Shown one piece after another: positions 63,043 to 64,000 of a DNA stretch of 64,000 nucleotides. The notes below the pieces were generated by a model. The model saw only the letters and a list, made by a program, of their open reading frames with translations, ran no database searches and was not told the DNA's origin. The first letter of the stretch is position 1. Each line of letters begins with the position of its first letter. The DNA is from a virus: the IMG/VR virus record IMGVR_UViG_3300044832_000053, positions 14,926 to 78,925 of that record. One strand, given 5' to 3'. The translations under genes were made by a program, and so were the position numbers.

Positions 63043-64000
63043 ATGACCACTGCCGCGCCAGCGCGGGCGATCGCGGTCGCCGGGCGGCTGGCCGGTGTCG
63101 GCCTGCACCTGGTGAACAACCTGGACGAGCTGGATGCCTGCCGGAGGTGGGCGGGCGAGCAGCGTGAGACCCCACTGTGCTACGACACCGAATCGGCGGG
63201 CCTTGACCCGCACCGGCACGAGGACCGGCTGATCCAGCTCGGGGACAAGCGGCACGGGTGGGCGTTCCCGTCGCGGGGCTGGTCCGGGGCCGCGATCGAG
63301 ATCCTGAACAGGTACAACGGCCCCCTGGCCGCGCACAACAGCCCGTACGACAACCGGGTGCTGGCCGTCAACGAAGGCTGGAAGCCGCCCTGGGAGCGCA
63401 TTGACGACACGCTGATCATGAGCCACCTGGTCAACTCGATGCGCCCGGCCGCGCTCAAGACCCTGGGCAAGATGGAGATCGACCCGATGGCCGCCGCCGC
63501 CGAGGAAGTGCTCAAGGCGGCCATGACCCGCAACCACTGGACCTGGGCCACCGTCCCGGCAGACTACCCCGGCTACTGGTGCTACGGTGCGCTGGACCCG
63601 GTGATCACCGCCTGGGTGTGGGAGGCCAAGGCCCCGATCGTCTTCGGCAGCTACCGCCAGCCCTATGACCTGGAGCGGGCCACCGCCCGGATCGCGGTGG
63701 ACATGATGACCGCCGGGCTGGCGGTGGACGTGCCCTTTGTGGAAGCCACCATCGCGGAGTGGATGACCTGGGAGCGCCAGGCGATGGACTGGCTCGGGCG
63801 CTACCACAACATCGGATCGGTGAACTCCAACGCCCAGCTCGGCGCGGCCTTCAACCTGGCCGGGATTCCCACCGCGTTCTGGACGGCCACCGGCCAGCCG
63901 CAGATGGACAAGGAGGCCCTGGGCTTCTACCTGTCCCAGTACCCGGCCCAGCGGGACCTGGTGGCCACGGTGATCAAGGCCCGCAAGGTCGATGACGTGG
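63043..64000 (+). CDS. Family A DNA polymerase, N-terminal 3'-5' exonuclease part (runs off right edge; absent from ORF track)
   Basis: Manual translation: CYDTESAGL (ExoI), AHNSPYD (ExoII), DDTLIMSH, YGALD (ExoIII), GLAVD, NSNAQL. Confidence 0.85.
   Translation, partial: MTTAAPARAIAVAGRLAGVGLHLVNNLDELDACRRWAGEQRETPLCYDTESAGLDPHRHEDRLIQLGDKRHGWAFPSRGWSGAAIEILNRYNGPLAAHNSPYDNRVLAVNEGWKPPWERIDDTLIMSHLVNSMRPAALKTLGKMEIDPMAAAAEEVLKAAMTRNHWTWATVPADYPGYWCYGALDPVITAWVWEAKAPIVFGSYRQPYDLERATARIAVDMMTAGLAVDVPFVEATIAEWMTWERQAMDWLGRYHNIGSVNSNAQLGAAFNLAGIPTAFWTATGQPQMDKEALGFYLSQYPAQRDLVATVIKARKVDDV

Larger units (their letters stand above)
1..64000. mobile_element. Tailed bacteriophage genome segment (siphovirus-like, Mu-like head module, likely actinobacterial host)
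   Basis: Contiguous terminase-portal-MuF-protease-capsid-tail-tape measure-lysis synteny, phage replication genes, tightly overlapping (ATGA) small genes, very high GC, no host housekeeping genes. Confidence 0.95.

Noticed and set aside
1-64000. tRNA genes, integrase/att site, reverse transcriptase or DGR
   Set aside because: No cloverleaf, recombinase or RT motifs noticed by eye; lifestyle cannot be decided from this window

Overview
The window is a 64-kb section of a high-GC tailed phage (siphovirus-type), probably infecting an actinobacterium. No host housekeeping genes, integrase, tRNA or CRISPR array were seen. Almost all genes from about 60.3 kb to the left edge are on the minus strand. 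In transcription order they are: Prim-Pol, SF3/D5 helicase, an iteron-flanked AT-rich origin, about 40 small accessory genes (many Cys-rich), a secreted cell-envelope cassette (LysM-Rpf, NlpC/P60, papain-like protease, HNH lipoprotein), terminase, a Mu-like head module (DUF935-type portal, MuF, Mu-I-type protease/scaffold, major capsid, gp36-like adaptor), tail genes, and lysis genes ending in a GH25 endolysin cut by the left edge. A divergent plus-strand arm starts near 60.4 kb (Toprim protein, permuted papain amidase, family A DNA polymerase cut by the right edge). The most striking element lies between MuF and the prohead protease. It is a 1751-aa protein built from SH3-like repeats plus kinase, ADP-ribosyltransferase-like, HhH-glycosylase-like, possible SAM-lyase-like and zeta-toxin modules. 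The modules are separated by a recurring [VIL]-[DE]-L-[AST] site, usually followed by an R-x-x-x-G-[RE]-W peptide. The same code occurs in two neighbouring proteins, and the [VI][DE]LA site also sits at the protease/scaffold junction. I infer a capsid-loaded, protease-processed effector polyprotein system. Family assignments come from motif recognition by eye; no database search was run.
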